The notes beneath the pieces are model-generated. The model worked only from the letters and a program-made list of their open reading frames with translations, was not told the origin of the DNA and did not search any database. Position numbers and translations under genes: made by a program. DNA of 64,000 nt from Octopus vulgaris (taxonomy: Eukaryota), in contig OX597814.1 in the NCBI GenBank assembly GCA_951406725.2, forward strand, positions 70,742,001 through 70,806,000, in the 5' to 3' direction. Of this stretch, positions 1 to 12,050 are shown one piece after another. How positions within the stretch are numbered: the stretch's first letter is position 1; each line of letters begins with the position of its first letter.

Positions 1-590
1 GTTCGGGGAGAGAGAGCAGATACACGGTCCACGGACCGTGCTCTGGCAAGGGCGGTGTGGATAGTGGTGAGGGGGTATCCACGTAGGGTGAAGTGGTGAG
101 CCATACGTTGAGACTGAGTCTCAAAGTCATGGTCGTCACTACAGAGCCTACGTAGACGGAGGAATTGGGAATAGGGGATGGAAAGCTTGGTGTGTTCTGG
201 GTGGGAGGAAGAGAAGTTGAGGTATGAGTGTGAGTCTGTGTGTTTGTAGTGAATGGAGGTGGTAAGAGTGGAGTGAAGAATGCTAACCGAAATGTCGAGG
301 AAGGAGACAGAGGTGTTGGAGATAGTGGAAGTGAAGTGGAGGGCTGGATGGAAAGATTGGACGAAAGAGAGGAAGGAATCTAGATGTTCGCGGGAGAGTG
401 AGGTGGCACCGATAATGTCGTCGATGTAACGACCATATAGTTCGGGAGTGGGACCAGTGAAATTAGAGAATATTTGGGCCTCAACATAGCCAACGAACAG
501 GTTCGCATAGTTGGGGCCCATTCGCGTTCCCATGGCCACTCCCGAGATCTGATGGTAGAACTCGCCCGCGAATGAGAAGCAGTTCAGAGT
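1..590 (-). mobile_element. Penelope-like retroelement RT fragment (runs off window start)
   Basis: Manual minus-strand translation gives GVAMGTRMGPNYANLFVGY...YGRYIDDI...FLDI...HTDSHSYLNFSSSHP...IPYSQFLRLRRLCS, typical of a PLE RT core and thumb. Confidence 0.85.
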
Positions 591-621
591 ATATATAAGT
601 TATATATATATATATATATAT

Positions 622-1660
622 AGGAAGGGACAGGTACCACAGTTAGGGCGTGCACATTTTTTAACTGATGGGGGTGGATGTGGTGTGTGAAGTTTGGCAT
701 TTGTCAAGAGTTTTTTCAAAGATTCATGTTGCCTTTTGCATTTGAGGATTTTTTGTGTATTGATAATATTCATTTTTGGGTCTGTGGACAGTAAGGGGAG
801 GTTTTGTATGATTGTGGTGTATGCTTCGATATTTTTGGGGTTGTGGGTGGAAATGTATGGAAGTATTTTGGGCTTCTGTGTGTTGCTGTGTTGGGTGGTT
901 TTCAGTGTATTATTGTCTAGTTCTTTGGCACGTTTTATTCCATACTCTATGAGACTGGAGGGATATTGGCGTTGTAATAGTGTTTTTTTTTAGGTCTTGA
1001 AGGCGTATTTCTTGAGTTTGGGGATCTGAGACAATGGTGCATACCCTTTAGCAAAGTTGAAAGGGATATTTATCTTGGTGTGTTTTGGATGGCATGAGCT
1101 AAAGAGGAGGTATTCTTGTGAGTCTTGAGATGTCTGTTATGATTTGTTTGTTAGGTGTTTTTATAATTAGGAGATCAAGGAAAGGGAGATGAAATTTGCT
1201 GAATTTCATAGTGAATTGAATGTTGGGATGTATGTTGTTCAGTGTGGTTTTGAATTCCAGAAGCTTTTCATAAGAATCTTTCCATATGATGAAACAATCA
1301 TTCAAGTATCTTTTCCAGTTTTCCATTAAGTAGATGCGGAAAACGTGTCCAAATTTCTGGCGTGATATCTCTTAGAGTGATAGTTCGAAGAAGCCCATTA
1401 TGAAGTTCGCAAGGACTGGTGCAGCCTTGGTATCCATCGCAATATCACATTTTTGACGGTAGTGTGTGTTTTCAAAGCGGAAATAATTGTTTGTCAAAAT
1501 GAACTTGAGTGATTCCGTAATGAAGGTCTTGTAATTGCGGTCAGGGAATGCCTCGGGGTGTTTCTCTAGCCAGAAATCAATTGCCTCAATACCATATTCA
1601 TGCAGGATATTGGTGTAGAGGTTGATAACATCAAAGGACACCAAGAATGCCACTTCGTTA
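622..1660 (-). mobile_element. Degenerate Penelope-like RT fragment
   Basis: ORFs 1372-1746 ([13 protein letters not shown]...TNNYFRF...AMDTKAAP) and 1099-1326 (WKRYLNDCF...IQFT...LPFLD); continues to SCHPKHTK and the CARPNCGTCP linker. Confidence 0.85.
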
Positions 1661-1924
1661 GTTTTTCTCCTTTCAAATCTTGAAAATTTGCTTTGCAATG
1701 AAAACCGTTTTGATTTATTATTTAAAAAAATTTTCAATACACCCATATTTATTAAAATTTACTTTCAATTTAGCATTCTGCCTTATTATAATTTTTCCTC
1801 TCCACGTGCGGTCAACACAACCCCACCATTTATTGATTTGTACATGTATATATATACATATATATGTATATATTTGTATATATACATATATATGAATATA
1901 TATATATATATATACGTATGTATA

Positions 1925-1975
<51 letters not shown>

Positions 1976-2084
1976 GTATATATATACAGTTGCGGTAAAA
2001 ATGTTCAGAACGGCATTGTTTTCGTCAGAAAAGTAGTTATAAGTTTTTATTAAAGTTGTTTTATATTTTATAATTTTCACAGAC

Positions 2085-2148
2085 ATTGATTGATTGATTG
2101 ATTCTAGTTTCAGCTCATGAGCTGTGGCCATGCTGGGGCACCGCCATT
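2085..2148 (-). mobile_element. Isolated CR1 LINE 3' tail with (TCAA)n, inserted in the Tc1 TIR
   Basis: Near-identical to the 3' end of the full LINE at 53543-53610. Confidence 0.8.
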
Positions 2149-2275
2149 TACATTAATTGGTATTGTCTGAGATTTTGGTGTAATTTGAGTAAAAAAGTTA
2201 TGGATGATATAGTGATTTACTGCAAAACCCATGGTGGCCAAAATGACCAGAACGGTTGAAAAAATAATCAAATAA

Positions 2276-3297
2276 TCAAAAAGTGACAGAGAATGCTGGA
2301 ATTATTTCATATTTAGTGTGAAGCCCTTTAGCTTCAATCAAAGTTTGACATTTTTGACTGCATGGGAAAATTAAATTTTCAATTTCTTGCTGGGTGATCT
2401 TATTCCATTCTTCCTGAAGGGCATTCCATAATTGCTCGGTTGTTTTAGGATTTCTGGCTTTCAAACGTTCTAGAATATTCCACACATTTTCAATAGGATT
2501 GAGGTCTGGGCTTTGAGCAGGCCAATCCATAACAATAACCTTTTCAGCCTTGAGGAAGTTCATGACCCCCTTAGCCTTGTGACATGGGGCATTGTCCTGC
2601 ATGAATATAGGTGGTCGCTTAGTTGAATTTCTCAGCACAGGCAAGACATGATCTTTTACAAGTTGTTTATAAACTCCTGCATTTACCTTTCCATGTAATC
2701 GCAGCAAAGGGCCCACAACATCTCCAGATATCATCCCCCAAACCATGACACTTCCTCCACCGAATTTAACACTAGTCTTAAGGCATTTAGGTGACAATTT
2801 TTCACCTGCTTTTCGACGAACCATCTGAGCCAAATAACATAGACTTAGATTCATCACTGAAATGCACCGTTTGCCATTTTTCTTGAGACCACAACACATG
2901 TTCGGTTGCAAAGGTAAGATGACACTTTTTATTCTTGGAGCTGATCAGTGGCTTCACTGCAGGTGCTCTTGCTTGTAGGTCATGTTCAACTAAAGGACGA
3001 GACACAATTTTTCGAGATAAAGTTTTCTTCAGTACAATGCTTATTTCCCGAAAAACAGCTGCAGTAGTTTTAAATCTGTCTTTTTTAACCAACTTTACCA
3101 TAGCACGATCTTCTCTTTTGGTCGTTTTTTCTTGGCCTACCTGTAGACTTTCTTGCTTCACACGAACCACAATCATCGTAGACCTTAAGAATACCGTGAA
3201 CAACACTTTTTGACTTGTTAACAATCTTTGCAATAGACCTAATACTTAAATTATCCTTCTTTCGAAGCTTAATAATCTGCTGACGAATTGGTAACAA
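2276..3297 (-). pseudogene. Tc1 DD34E transposase, frameshifted
   Basis: HTH and GRPR (3085-3297), VHFSDES, GGGSVMVWG, FMQDNAPCH, WPAQSPDLNPIENVW; 34 residues between second D and E; split over three frames. Confidence 0.9.
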
Positions 3298-3602
3298 AGT
3301 ACACTGCAGATATTCTTACTAATGTTTAGTAAATGAACTGTCACGTAAACAAATTCAAAACATTAGAGTTCGACGGTTAAATATACTAAAACATGGAGTA
3401 AAAGCAACCGTTCTGATCATTTTGGCCGCCATGGGTTTTGCAGTAAATCACTAAATCATCTATAACTTTTTTTATTATCCTCTCAAATTACACCAAAATC
3501 TCAGACAATAACAACTAATATCGTATTTATTGTCTGGTAAAATTATAGAATATAAAATAACTTTGATAAAAACTTATACCTACTTTTCTGACGAAAACAG
3601 AA

Positions 3603-6033
3603 TGTGATTAACTTGACACTGGATGGTGACCATAGCTGAGAGCAATAGTCAAAGTGGCTTAGGATAAGTGTCCTCCAGAGGACCATCATGGTTTCCTGGT
3701 CTCTTGTTCTAAAGGTTCTAAGAATCCATCCGGTCAGCCGCCTACATTTCATTGCCAATTTAGCAACATGCACGTGAAAGGTTGCATCATCACTCATGGA
3801 AATACCCAAGTCTCGCACTGATTGTGCCTCTGGGATGGATTGCAATCCCTCCAGGTCCAGTGTATTTATTGGGTATTGCATTTAGTTTTGCATGCTGATA
3901 GCATAAAGCTTGAAACTTTTCAGCATTGAACTGCATGCTATTCTTTTCAGCCCACTTGTATATTTTGTCCAGCTCACATTGCAGGTGCATAGTGTCTTCA
4001 GGGTTCTGTATTGCCTGTGAAACTTTTGTATCATCTGCATAACTTGTGATCGTGGCTCTCTGCGTGGCTGAGGGCATGTCTGAGAGGGTCATTATGAACA
4101 GCGGTGGTTCCAAAACAGTGCCTTGCGGAACACCGCTCACTATTTGCGTGTTATTGGAGGAGGCCCCATTGGCTACTACCACCTGACTTCTATCCTTCAG
4201 AAAGTCATGAAGCCATTCTCCCAATTGTCCAGCTATGCCAAGATCACGCACTTTGTGACATATCATTCCATGATCGACTTTATCAAAGGCCTTTGCAAAG
4301 TCGAGATATATGGCTTCCACATTTGAGTGGTTGAGCAGTCGTTTCAGCACCCAGTCATAGTGTTGTAGGAGCTGAGTTAGGCAGCTTCTTCCTGGTCGGA
4401 AACCATGTTGGGTGTCAGGCAGCAAGTCATTTTCTTCAAGGAAGGTGATTAGTTTCCTTCTGACTATTCGTTCCATGACCTTGCTGATGTGTGAGGTCAG
4501 AGAGATAGGTCTGTAGTACTTGGCCTCCGCTCTGCTACCTCCTTTATGAATAGGGCATATTTTACCTTCCTTCAGTTTTCTTGGAAGTTTGCCAGTTGCA
4601 AAGAAGCTCTGAAAGAGGAACTGCAGTGGTCTTGCTAGGACTCTCTTACATACTTTTAGAAGGATTGCTGGGAATCCATCGGGGCCAGTAGCTGAGTTTG
4701 TTTTCATTTCATCTATAGCCTTTATTACATCGTCTTCCTTTATATTGATGTAATCAATCATCACTGCCTCTGATTTTATATCTGCAGTGGTAAAGAAGTC
4801 AGTTGGATTGCTGACTTGAAAATGCCATAGGGGTGGAGTGAAAATACTCTTGAATTGCTCATTTAGTATTTCACTTATCCTCATTGGATTTCCTGTGAGT
4901 GTGACATCCTTTTCAAGGAGTGGCCCTATCCTACAGTGCACCGTAGCTGTTTCTTTGGCATACTTGTAGAAAGCTCTAGGGTTAGATTTTATGTTGTCTA
5001 TAGCCCAGGCTTCTTTGTCTGCTCTTTCTTTTTCATGGAAGAGTTGCAGACATTTTTCAATTTCCAACAGTTTTATTTTCAGGCGGGACTTTTCACTGCT
5101 TTCAATTTGTTTGTTGAGGCGATTTGAAACTTTTGTACGTCGTCTCATTAGAATTTTCCTCTCTCTGGGGATTTTGTTCTTGTGTACAGTGGCCTTTCTC
5201 TCTGGGACACATTTGTGGCCTATGGCTTGCATTACAGACATGAATTGTTGAAGTTTCATGTCGATGTCTGGCGAGGAGAGACATTCAGGTCAGTTTTGTT
5301 TGAGGATCTCTTTCTCAATTTGTTTCCAGTTTGCCTTATGGAAGTTCAAGCTGGAAAGATTCTGAGAGTTTCTTGTAGACTGCATGCTTTTCTTTGGCCC
5401 GTACATGGTCAGCTCAACCATGTTGTGATCCGAGACTAATGTCGGTGTCACTATCACATTATGGATGAGATCCATATTATTTGTGAAGCAGAGATCCAGT
5501 ATGTTACCTGCCTGGTTGATTGGAGTATTATTTGCTCCATGTACAGTGTTGATGAGGTTCAGGAGGGACCTCGCCTGTCCTTGTTCGCATCGTGTCATTC
5601 CTGGGAGAGAAAGGCCCTCGGGCCATCTGACATTGGGCAGGTTGAAGTCTCCCATAAGAAATACACTTATGTGTTGTTCTAATGTGACTAGAAGTTCTAC
5701 TTTTATAAGGCAGTCTTCAAACTTGCCTACATGGCTTGGGGTATCCGGAGGGCGATATGTAGCACATATAACTACACCAAGTTGCCTTATATGTACAATT
5801 AGTGTGTCACACACCGAATTTGAGTATGACAAAAGGACCTGGGGTGTGAGGTCCTCGCGGATGTACATAGCAACTCCTCCATGACTCCTTTCTTTTCTGT
5901 CGGTCCGTAGTACAACATACTGTGGTATGTGTATTTCCGCATCTGCTACGTCCGGTTTCAGGTGTGTTTCCGTAAGTGCTATGCATAAAGCTTGATTGCA
6001 TGCAAAAAGGTCTCTCAAGAACGGGATTTTTGT
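3603..6033 (-). mobile_element. Truncated CR1-group LINE ORF2 (APE endonuclease + RT) with stop and frameshifts
   Basis: ORFs 5290-6126 (ALTETHL, GDFNLP, LDLCF, SDH) and 3790-5259 (GPDG, YRPISL, QHGFR, YLDFAKAFD, GVPQG, YADD); highly similar to 53635-56555. Confidence 0.95.
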
Positions 6034-6055
6034 ATGTATATATATATATATATAT

Positions 6056-6094
6056 ATCTCGGGGTCGTGGGTTCGTGCCCCACATTGGGTGCCA
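6056..6094 (+). pseudogene. 3' half of a tRNA-Lys(CTT)-like sequence including CCA
   Basis: atctcggggtcgtgggttcgtgccccacattgggtgcca versus metazoan tRNA-Lys-CTT 3' half ATCTCAGGGTCGTGGGTTCGAGCCCCACGTTGGGCG+CCA (recalled, 4 mismatches). Confidence 0.75.
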
Positions 6095-6099
6095 TTATT

Positions 6100-6164
6100 T
6101 AAATGGCAGTGCCCCAGCATGGCCACAGCTCATTAGCTGAAACTGGAAAAAAATCAAAAAAATC
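6100..6164 (+). mobile_element. CR1 LINE 3' tail with A-rich end
   Basis: ggcagtgccccagcatggccacagctcattagctgaaactgg matches the LINE 3' UTR. Confidence 0.8.
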
Positions 6165-6170
6165 TAAATC

Positions 6171-6247
<77 letters not shown>

Positions 6248-6453
6248 AAATAGAAAGATGAATAATCTTGTAGTAGATTAATCAAAAGTTTAACCGATAC
6301 CTTAGTAGCAAAAATCACAGCAGTAAAACAGCACGGCTGGAGGTACAACCATATGGTGTTGCAACCGTGCGTTGGTGCGGATAATTGAAATTAGAACATT
6401 ATTGGTGAATTGAAGAAATGGAGCTGAACGCAGATTGAACAGAAATCGTTTTA

Positions 6454-6543
6454 TTTCATTCTACACGTGTTTCGAAAGGCACAAATTACCAAAATCCGAT
6501 GGAATAATGGGACCATATTGTGTCTTTCTCTTCAGGAAGAAAA
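6454..6543 (-). ncRNA. Type-I hammerhead ribozyme
   Basis: Reverse complement of 8202-8291. Confidence 0.8.
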
Positions 6544-7130
6544 TAGGAAATCCGTTGGAAAAACAAAAACAGAACAGAGGCGGAGCAAAAACAAATCGAA
6601 CTATGCTCCTAAGAGCCCATGGCGAAACTGTTTATCAGTGTATGTTGAGAACCGGTGGCTGAAGAATTCAACGGGTCAGGCATCGGTCAATCATGTGGGT
6701 GAGGGGGCGTAGATGTTCTTTGTGACCGAGAATAAAGTTCTGACTATTTAAGGAATATTGGATGTTTTATAAGGGGCGAGAAAAAATCTACTTAGAGACG
6801 TGTGTGTGTGTATACTGTTCTATATACGTGTGTGTTGGCGTAGGGGTAGAAAACATTTTTTGTGTACGTGTGTGCGTTTGATCGTTCGGCTGTCAGTGGC
6901 TACTGCCGTGATGACCGTTGGGTGGCAGAAAAAAAATATACATCATGTTTTATGTGTGTGTGTGTTCTCATCTAAACCTGCCTTGTCAAGGAAACCCCCC
7001 GCTGTGAAAAAACCAAGCCCCGTTTGTCTTACAGGAGTAATTCCCCTTGCAGTGGTTAATCGTAGATATCTTAAAGGCTATTTCAGAATTTGTTACCAAG
7101 GGCTATGGGTGCCGGTATTATTTATAAACG

Positions 7131-7545
7131 CTATTTAAAAGCCAGATAAGTGTAACGCCGCCAATGGGGGCATCGAAAAGCCGACTGTAAAAGCCCGTTT
7201 ACCATCCGGCCTCTGGCAAACAAAATATGGAAGAGTTCGGAGACACAAAGGTTGCACTGCCTTCTGCCCCTATCAAATGGGAGGGCCACCGACAAAATTG
7301 ACCATTCCAGCCTGTAGCTTAAGTTCGTATCCTTCAGTCGCCATATTAGCTTACTGAGTCCCGTGGTCTGGCGCTTGTTCATGTCCCGAAAAGTTGCGTA
7401 ATGGTTGGAGACACGCAAAGACAATCTTGAGGATGAGGCCCTTACATAAGTGAAGACATCTGAGTCCGTGTAAACCTTGCATTGGTAGACGGCGTTTTTG
7501 ATCTTGGAGTTCGCCGACGTGAATCTAATTCTGCTAGGATTAGTA
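7131..7545 (-). pseudogene. GIY-YIG endonuclease C-terminus of a Naiad-type PLE
   Basis: NAVYQCKV...FTYVRASSSRLSLRVSNHYATF...TTGLSKLIW...CNLC...CPHW. Confidence 0.85.
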
Positions 7546-8201
7546 AACGGGCTTTTACAGTCGGCTTTTCGATGCCCCCATTGGCGGCGTTACACTTATC
7601 TGGCTTTTAAATAGCGTTTATAAATAATACCGGCACCCATAGCCCTTGGTAACAAATTCTGAAATAGCCTTTAAGATATCTACGATTAACCACTGCAAGG
7701 GGAATTACTCCTGTAAGACAAACGGGGCTTGGTTTTTTCACAGCGGGGGGTTTCCTTGACAAGGCAGGTTTAGATGAGAACACACACACACATAAAACAT
7801 GATGTATATTTTTTTTCTGCCACCCAACGGTCATCACGGCAGTAGCCACTGACAGCCGAACGATCAAACGCACACACGTACACAAAAAATGTTTTCTACC
7901 CCTACGCCAACACACACGTATATAGAACAGTATACACACACACACGTCTCTAAGTAGATTTTTTCTCGCCCCTTATAAAACATCCAATATTCCTTAAATA
8001 GTCAGAACTTTATTCTCGGTCACAAAGAACATCTACGCCCCCTCACCCACATGATTGACCGATGCCTGACCCGTTGAATTCTTCAGCCACCGGTTCTCAA
8101 CATACACTGATAAACAGTTTCGCCATGGGCTCTTAGGAGCATAGTTCGATTTGTTTTTGCTCCACCTCTGTTCTGTTTTTGTTTTTCCAACGGATTTCCT
8201 A

Positions 8202-8291
8202 TTTTCTTCCTGAAGAGAAAGACACAATATGGTCCCATTATTCCATCGGATTTTGGTAATTTGTGCCTTTCGAAACACGTGTAGAATGAAA
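8202..8291 (+). ncRNA. Type-I hammerhead ribozyme, extended stem II
   Basis: ttttcttc CTGAAGA gaaagacacaa...ttgtgcctttc GAAAC acgt GTA gaatgaaa. Confidence 0.8.
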
Positions 8292-8348
8292 TAAAACGAT
8301 TTCTGTTCAATCTGCGTTCAGCTCCATTTCTTCAATTCACCAATAATG

Positions 8349-8405
<57 letters not shown>

Positions 8406-8408
<3 letters not shown>

Positions 8409-8846
8409 TATTATAAAAGGCAGATTTTATCTGCCTCCCTTTGGGAGTTATACAAATCTACAATATAGGATTTCTTCAATTACAATTTACCTGGCATTTT
8501 TGAGAGTACAATGCATCGCGTCATGCCAGGTCCAGTTTTTAAAATTTAAACTCCAATTAAGCAAAATTTACAGAAAACTCACATTCTGGTGTGTGTGTCA
8601 AATGCTTTTCTTAGTCTGGTTTACAAAACACGCAAACGCACACACACAGTGGGCAACGAATAAAATGAAAGTAAATAGCGACACAGTGATTTGAGGAAGA
8701 CTAAAGTGAAAGTATTCTGTCTATGACGCTGATAGATATATGAGTAAAATGTATGGGAAGCTAAGAGCTAAGAGTGAGTGAAAATGTTCTTGGAAGAGAG
8801 TAATTAGTAATAAAGTAAACATACACTCATACATACATACATACAT

Positions 8847-8879
<33 letters not shown>

Positions 8880-8924
8880 ATACACACACACATACATACA
8901 CACACACATACATACATACACACA

Positions 8925-8956
<32 letters not shown>

Positions 8957-9117
8957 CATACATACATACATATACATACATACACACACACACACATACA
9001 CACACACACAGTATTGAAGCTTGAGAACAATCAGATACATTTGCAACACATCTGTTGAAAATATTATTGTTCACACACATACATATACATATATACATAC
9101 AGACAGACAGACAGATA

Positions 9118-9153
<36 letters not shown>

Positions 9154-10225
9154 ATCCAGCATGGCCACAACCTCAAGGCTGAAACATATAAAAGAATAAC
9201 AGAATATAAATGTGTGCAAAGTACAAGAAATATTAATGCAGTATATGGGGATTGGACAATAAGCGTAAGGCAGTGTCAATGGTGGTTCCAGAAATCCCGA
9301 GCCATAAACTACAGCCTAGAAGACGAGTCTCATCCTGAAAGATCTGTAGAACTCGACAAGGACATCCTGAAAACCCTGGTGGAACAAAATATCATCGTAA
9401 CTGTTGAGGAACTAGCAGAGAAGCTTGGATTTGGTCATTCAACCATTCATTGACACCTGTGTGCTATCGGAAAAGTCAGCAAATTGGGTCAATGGGTTCC
9501 TCACGAACTTTCCGAGTCTAATTGCATGCAGAGAGTGAATGTATGCTTTTCTTTGCTGTCATATCTCACCACTACTGCGCTATGTATATCTATATATATA
9601 AAACTGTAGTTGTGTGAGTGTCTGTCCCCTTCGATTTAGATTCCTAACTACTCCCACATTTTGCGGTACAGTTTAACCAAATTCGGGTAGCTTATAGTCG
9701 TGATTCATATCGAGCCCGTCTGAATATTAGCGCGCGTCTACGATGAGTCTACGATTTTAAAAATAATTTAACATCATTTTTTATTCCATTTTAATGCATA
9801 ATTTTTCGTGTGTCGATGGCGGCGGAGTTGGTGTCCACGCTCACACCTGCACCTGTGGGGAAGGGAGTGTAAGGAAATCAACGTCGTAATGCGTTGTCAA
9901 GGAGACCAGTGTTCTTTTAGAACAACGACTTCATGGCTTGAAGACACCAAAACAGAAATGGCTAAGAAAGCGTCTACATGAGTCTACGATTTTAAAAAAA
10001 ATTTACCATCGTTTTTTTTCCATTTTAATGCATTTTTTCGCTATTATATAAGGGAAGTAACTCTCTAAAAATGTCTACGATGAGTCAACGATTTAAAAAA
10101 AAATTTACCATCATATTTTTTCCATTTTTAATGCATTTTTTGCTATTTTTTGGCTATAACTCTCTAAAAATGCTTATATAGTTATTTCCCTTACAAACCC
10201 GAGCAACGCCGGGCGATACTGCTAG
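8406..10225 (+). mobile_element. Non-autonomous composite Helitron, copy 1
   Basis: 5' TC...tataaaaggcag; 3' hairpin cccgagcaacgccggg then CTAG at 10222-10225. Confidence 0.85.
9200..9570 (+). pseudogene. Mariner transposase N-terminal HTH fragment inside the Helitron (second copy ~10992-11362)
   Basis: TRNINAVYGDWTISVRQCQWWFQK...SLEDE...TVEELAEKLGFGHSTIH...KLGQWVPHEL. Confidence 0.85.
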
Positions 10226-10663
10226 TCTATATTATAAAAGGCAGATTTTATCTGCCTCCCTTTGGGAGTTATAGAAATCTACAATATAGGATTTCTTCAA
10301 TTACAATTTACCTCGCATTTTTGAGAGTACAATGCATCACGTCATGCCAGGTCCAGTTTTTAAAATTTAAACTCCAATTAAGCAAAATTTACAGAAAACT
10401 CACATTCTGGTGTGTGTGTCAAATGCTTTTCTTAGTCTGGTTTACAAAACACGCAAACGCACACACACAGTGGGCAACGAATAAAATGAAAGTAAATAGC
10501 GACACAGTGATTTGAGGAAGACTAAAGTGAAAGTATTCTGTCTATGACGCTGATAGATACATGAGTAAAATGTATGGGAAGCTAAGAGCTAAGAGTGAGT
10601 GAAAATGTTCTTGGAAGAGAGTAATTAGTAATAAAGTAAACATACACTCATACATACATACAT

Positions 10664-10694
<31 letters not shown>

Positions 10695-10911
10695 TACACA
10701 CACACATACATACACACACACATACATACATACACACATACATACATATACATACATACATACATATACATACATACATACACACACACACACATACACA
10801 CACACACAGTATTGAAGCTTGAGAACAATCAGATACATTTGCAACACATCTGTTGAAAATATTATTGTTCACACACATACATATACATATATACATACAG
10901 ACAGACAGATA

Positions 10912-10945
<34 letters not shown>

Positions 10946-12016
10946 ATCCAGCATGGCCACAACCTCAAGGCTGAAACATATAAAAGAATAACAGAATATA
11001 AATGTGTGCAAAGTACAAGAAATATTAATGCAGTATATGGGGATTGGACAATAAGCGTAAGGCAGTGTCAATGGTGGTTCCAGAAATCCCGAGCCATAAA
11101 CTACAGCCTAGAAGACGAGTCTCATCCTGAAAGATCTGTAGAACTCGACAAGGACATCCTGAAAACCCTGGTGGAACAAAATATCATCGTAACTGTTGAG
11201 GAACTAGCAGAGAAGCTTGGATTTGGTCATTCAACCATTCATTGACACCTGTGTGCTATCGGAAAAGTCAGCAAATTGGGTCAATGGGTTCCTCACGAAC
11301 TTTCCGAGTCTAATTGCATGCAGAGAGTGAATGTATGCTTTTCTTTGCTGTCATATCTCACCACTACTGCGCTATGTATATCTATATATATAAAACTGTA
11401 GTTGTGTGAGTGTCTGTCCCCTTCGATTTAGATTCCTAACTACTCCCACATTTTGCGGTACAGTTTAACCAAATTCGGGTAGCTTATAGTCGTGATTCAT
11501 ATCGAGCCCGTCTGAATATTAGCGCGCGTCTACGATGAGTCTACGATTTTAAAAATAATTTAACATCATTTTTTATTCCATTTTAATGCATAATTTTTCG
11601 TGTGTCGATGGCGGCGGAGTTGGCGTCCACGCTCACACCTGCACCTGTGGGGAAGGGAGTGTAAGGAAATCAACGTCGTAATGCGTTGTCAAGGAGACCA
11701 GTGTTCTTTTAGAACAACGACTTCATGGCTTGAAGACACCAAAACAGAAATGGCTAAGAAAGCGTCTACATGAGTCTACGATTTTAAAAAAAATTTACCA
11801 TCGTTTTTTTTCCATTTTAATGCATTTTTTCGCTATTATATAAGGGAAGTAACTCTCTAAAAATGTCTACGATGAGTCAACGATTTAAAAAAAAATTTAC
11901 CATCATATTTTTTCCATTTTTAATGCATTTTTTGCTATTTTTTGGCTATAATTCTCTAAAAATGCTTATATAGTTATTTCCCTTACAAACCCGAGCAACG
12001 CCGGGCGATACTGCTA

Positions 12017-12017
<1 letters not shown>
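10226..12017 (+). mobile_element. Non-autonomous composite Helitron, copy 2 (head-to-tail)
   Basis: Near-identical to copy 1; starts TC immediately after CTAG; ends hairpin + CTAG followed by T. Confidence 0.85.

Positions 12018-12050
<33 letters not shown>

Larger units (their letters stand above)
1987..3606 (-). mobile_element. Tc1-family DNA transposon with long IR/DR-type terminal inverted repeats
   Basis: TA then CAGTTGCGG at 1987; arm 1987-2258 is the reverse complement of ~3405-3606; the right arm is cut by a CR1 insertion. Confidence 0.85.
6392..8353. mobile_element. 5'-truncated Naiad-type PLE with inverted pseudo-LTR (811-bp arms 6392-7202 and 7543-8353)
   Basis: Mirror ORFs in the track (6467-6712 vs 8033-8278 differ by 1 aa); spacer encodes GIY-YIG; each arm carries an HHR. 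Confidence 0.9.

Noticed and set aside
1622-2131. YIYI/CVCV-rich ORFs here and at 8.7-11, 16-23, 40-43, 50 and 60 kb
   Set aside because: Translations of (TA)n, (CA)n, (TACA)n and trinucleotide microsatellites
6435-7138. Duplicated small ORFs as a gene pair
   Set aside because: Antisense translations of the inverted pseudo-LTR arms
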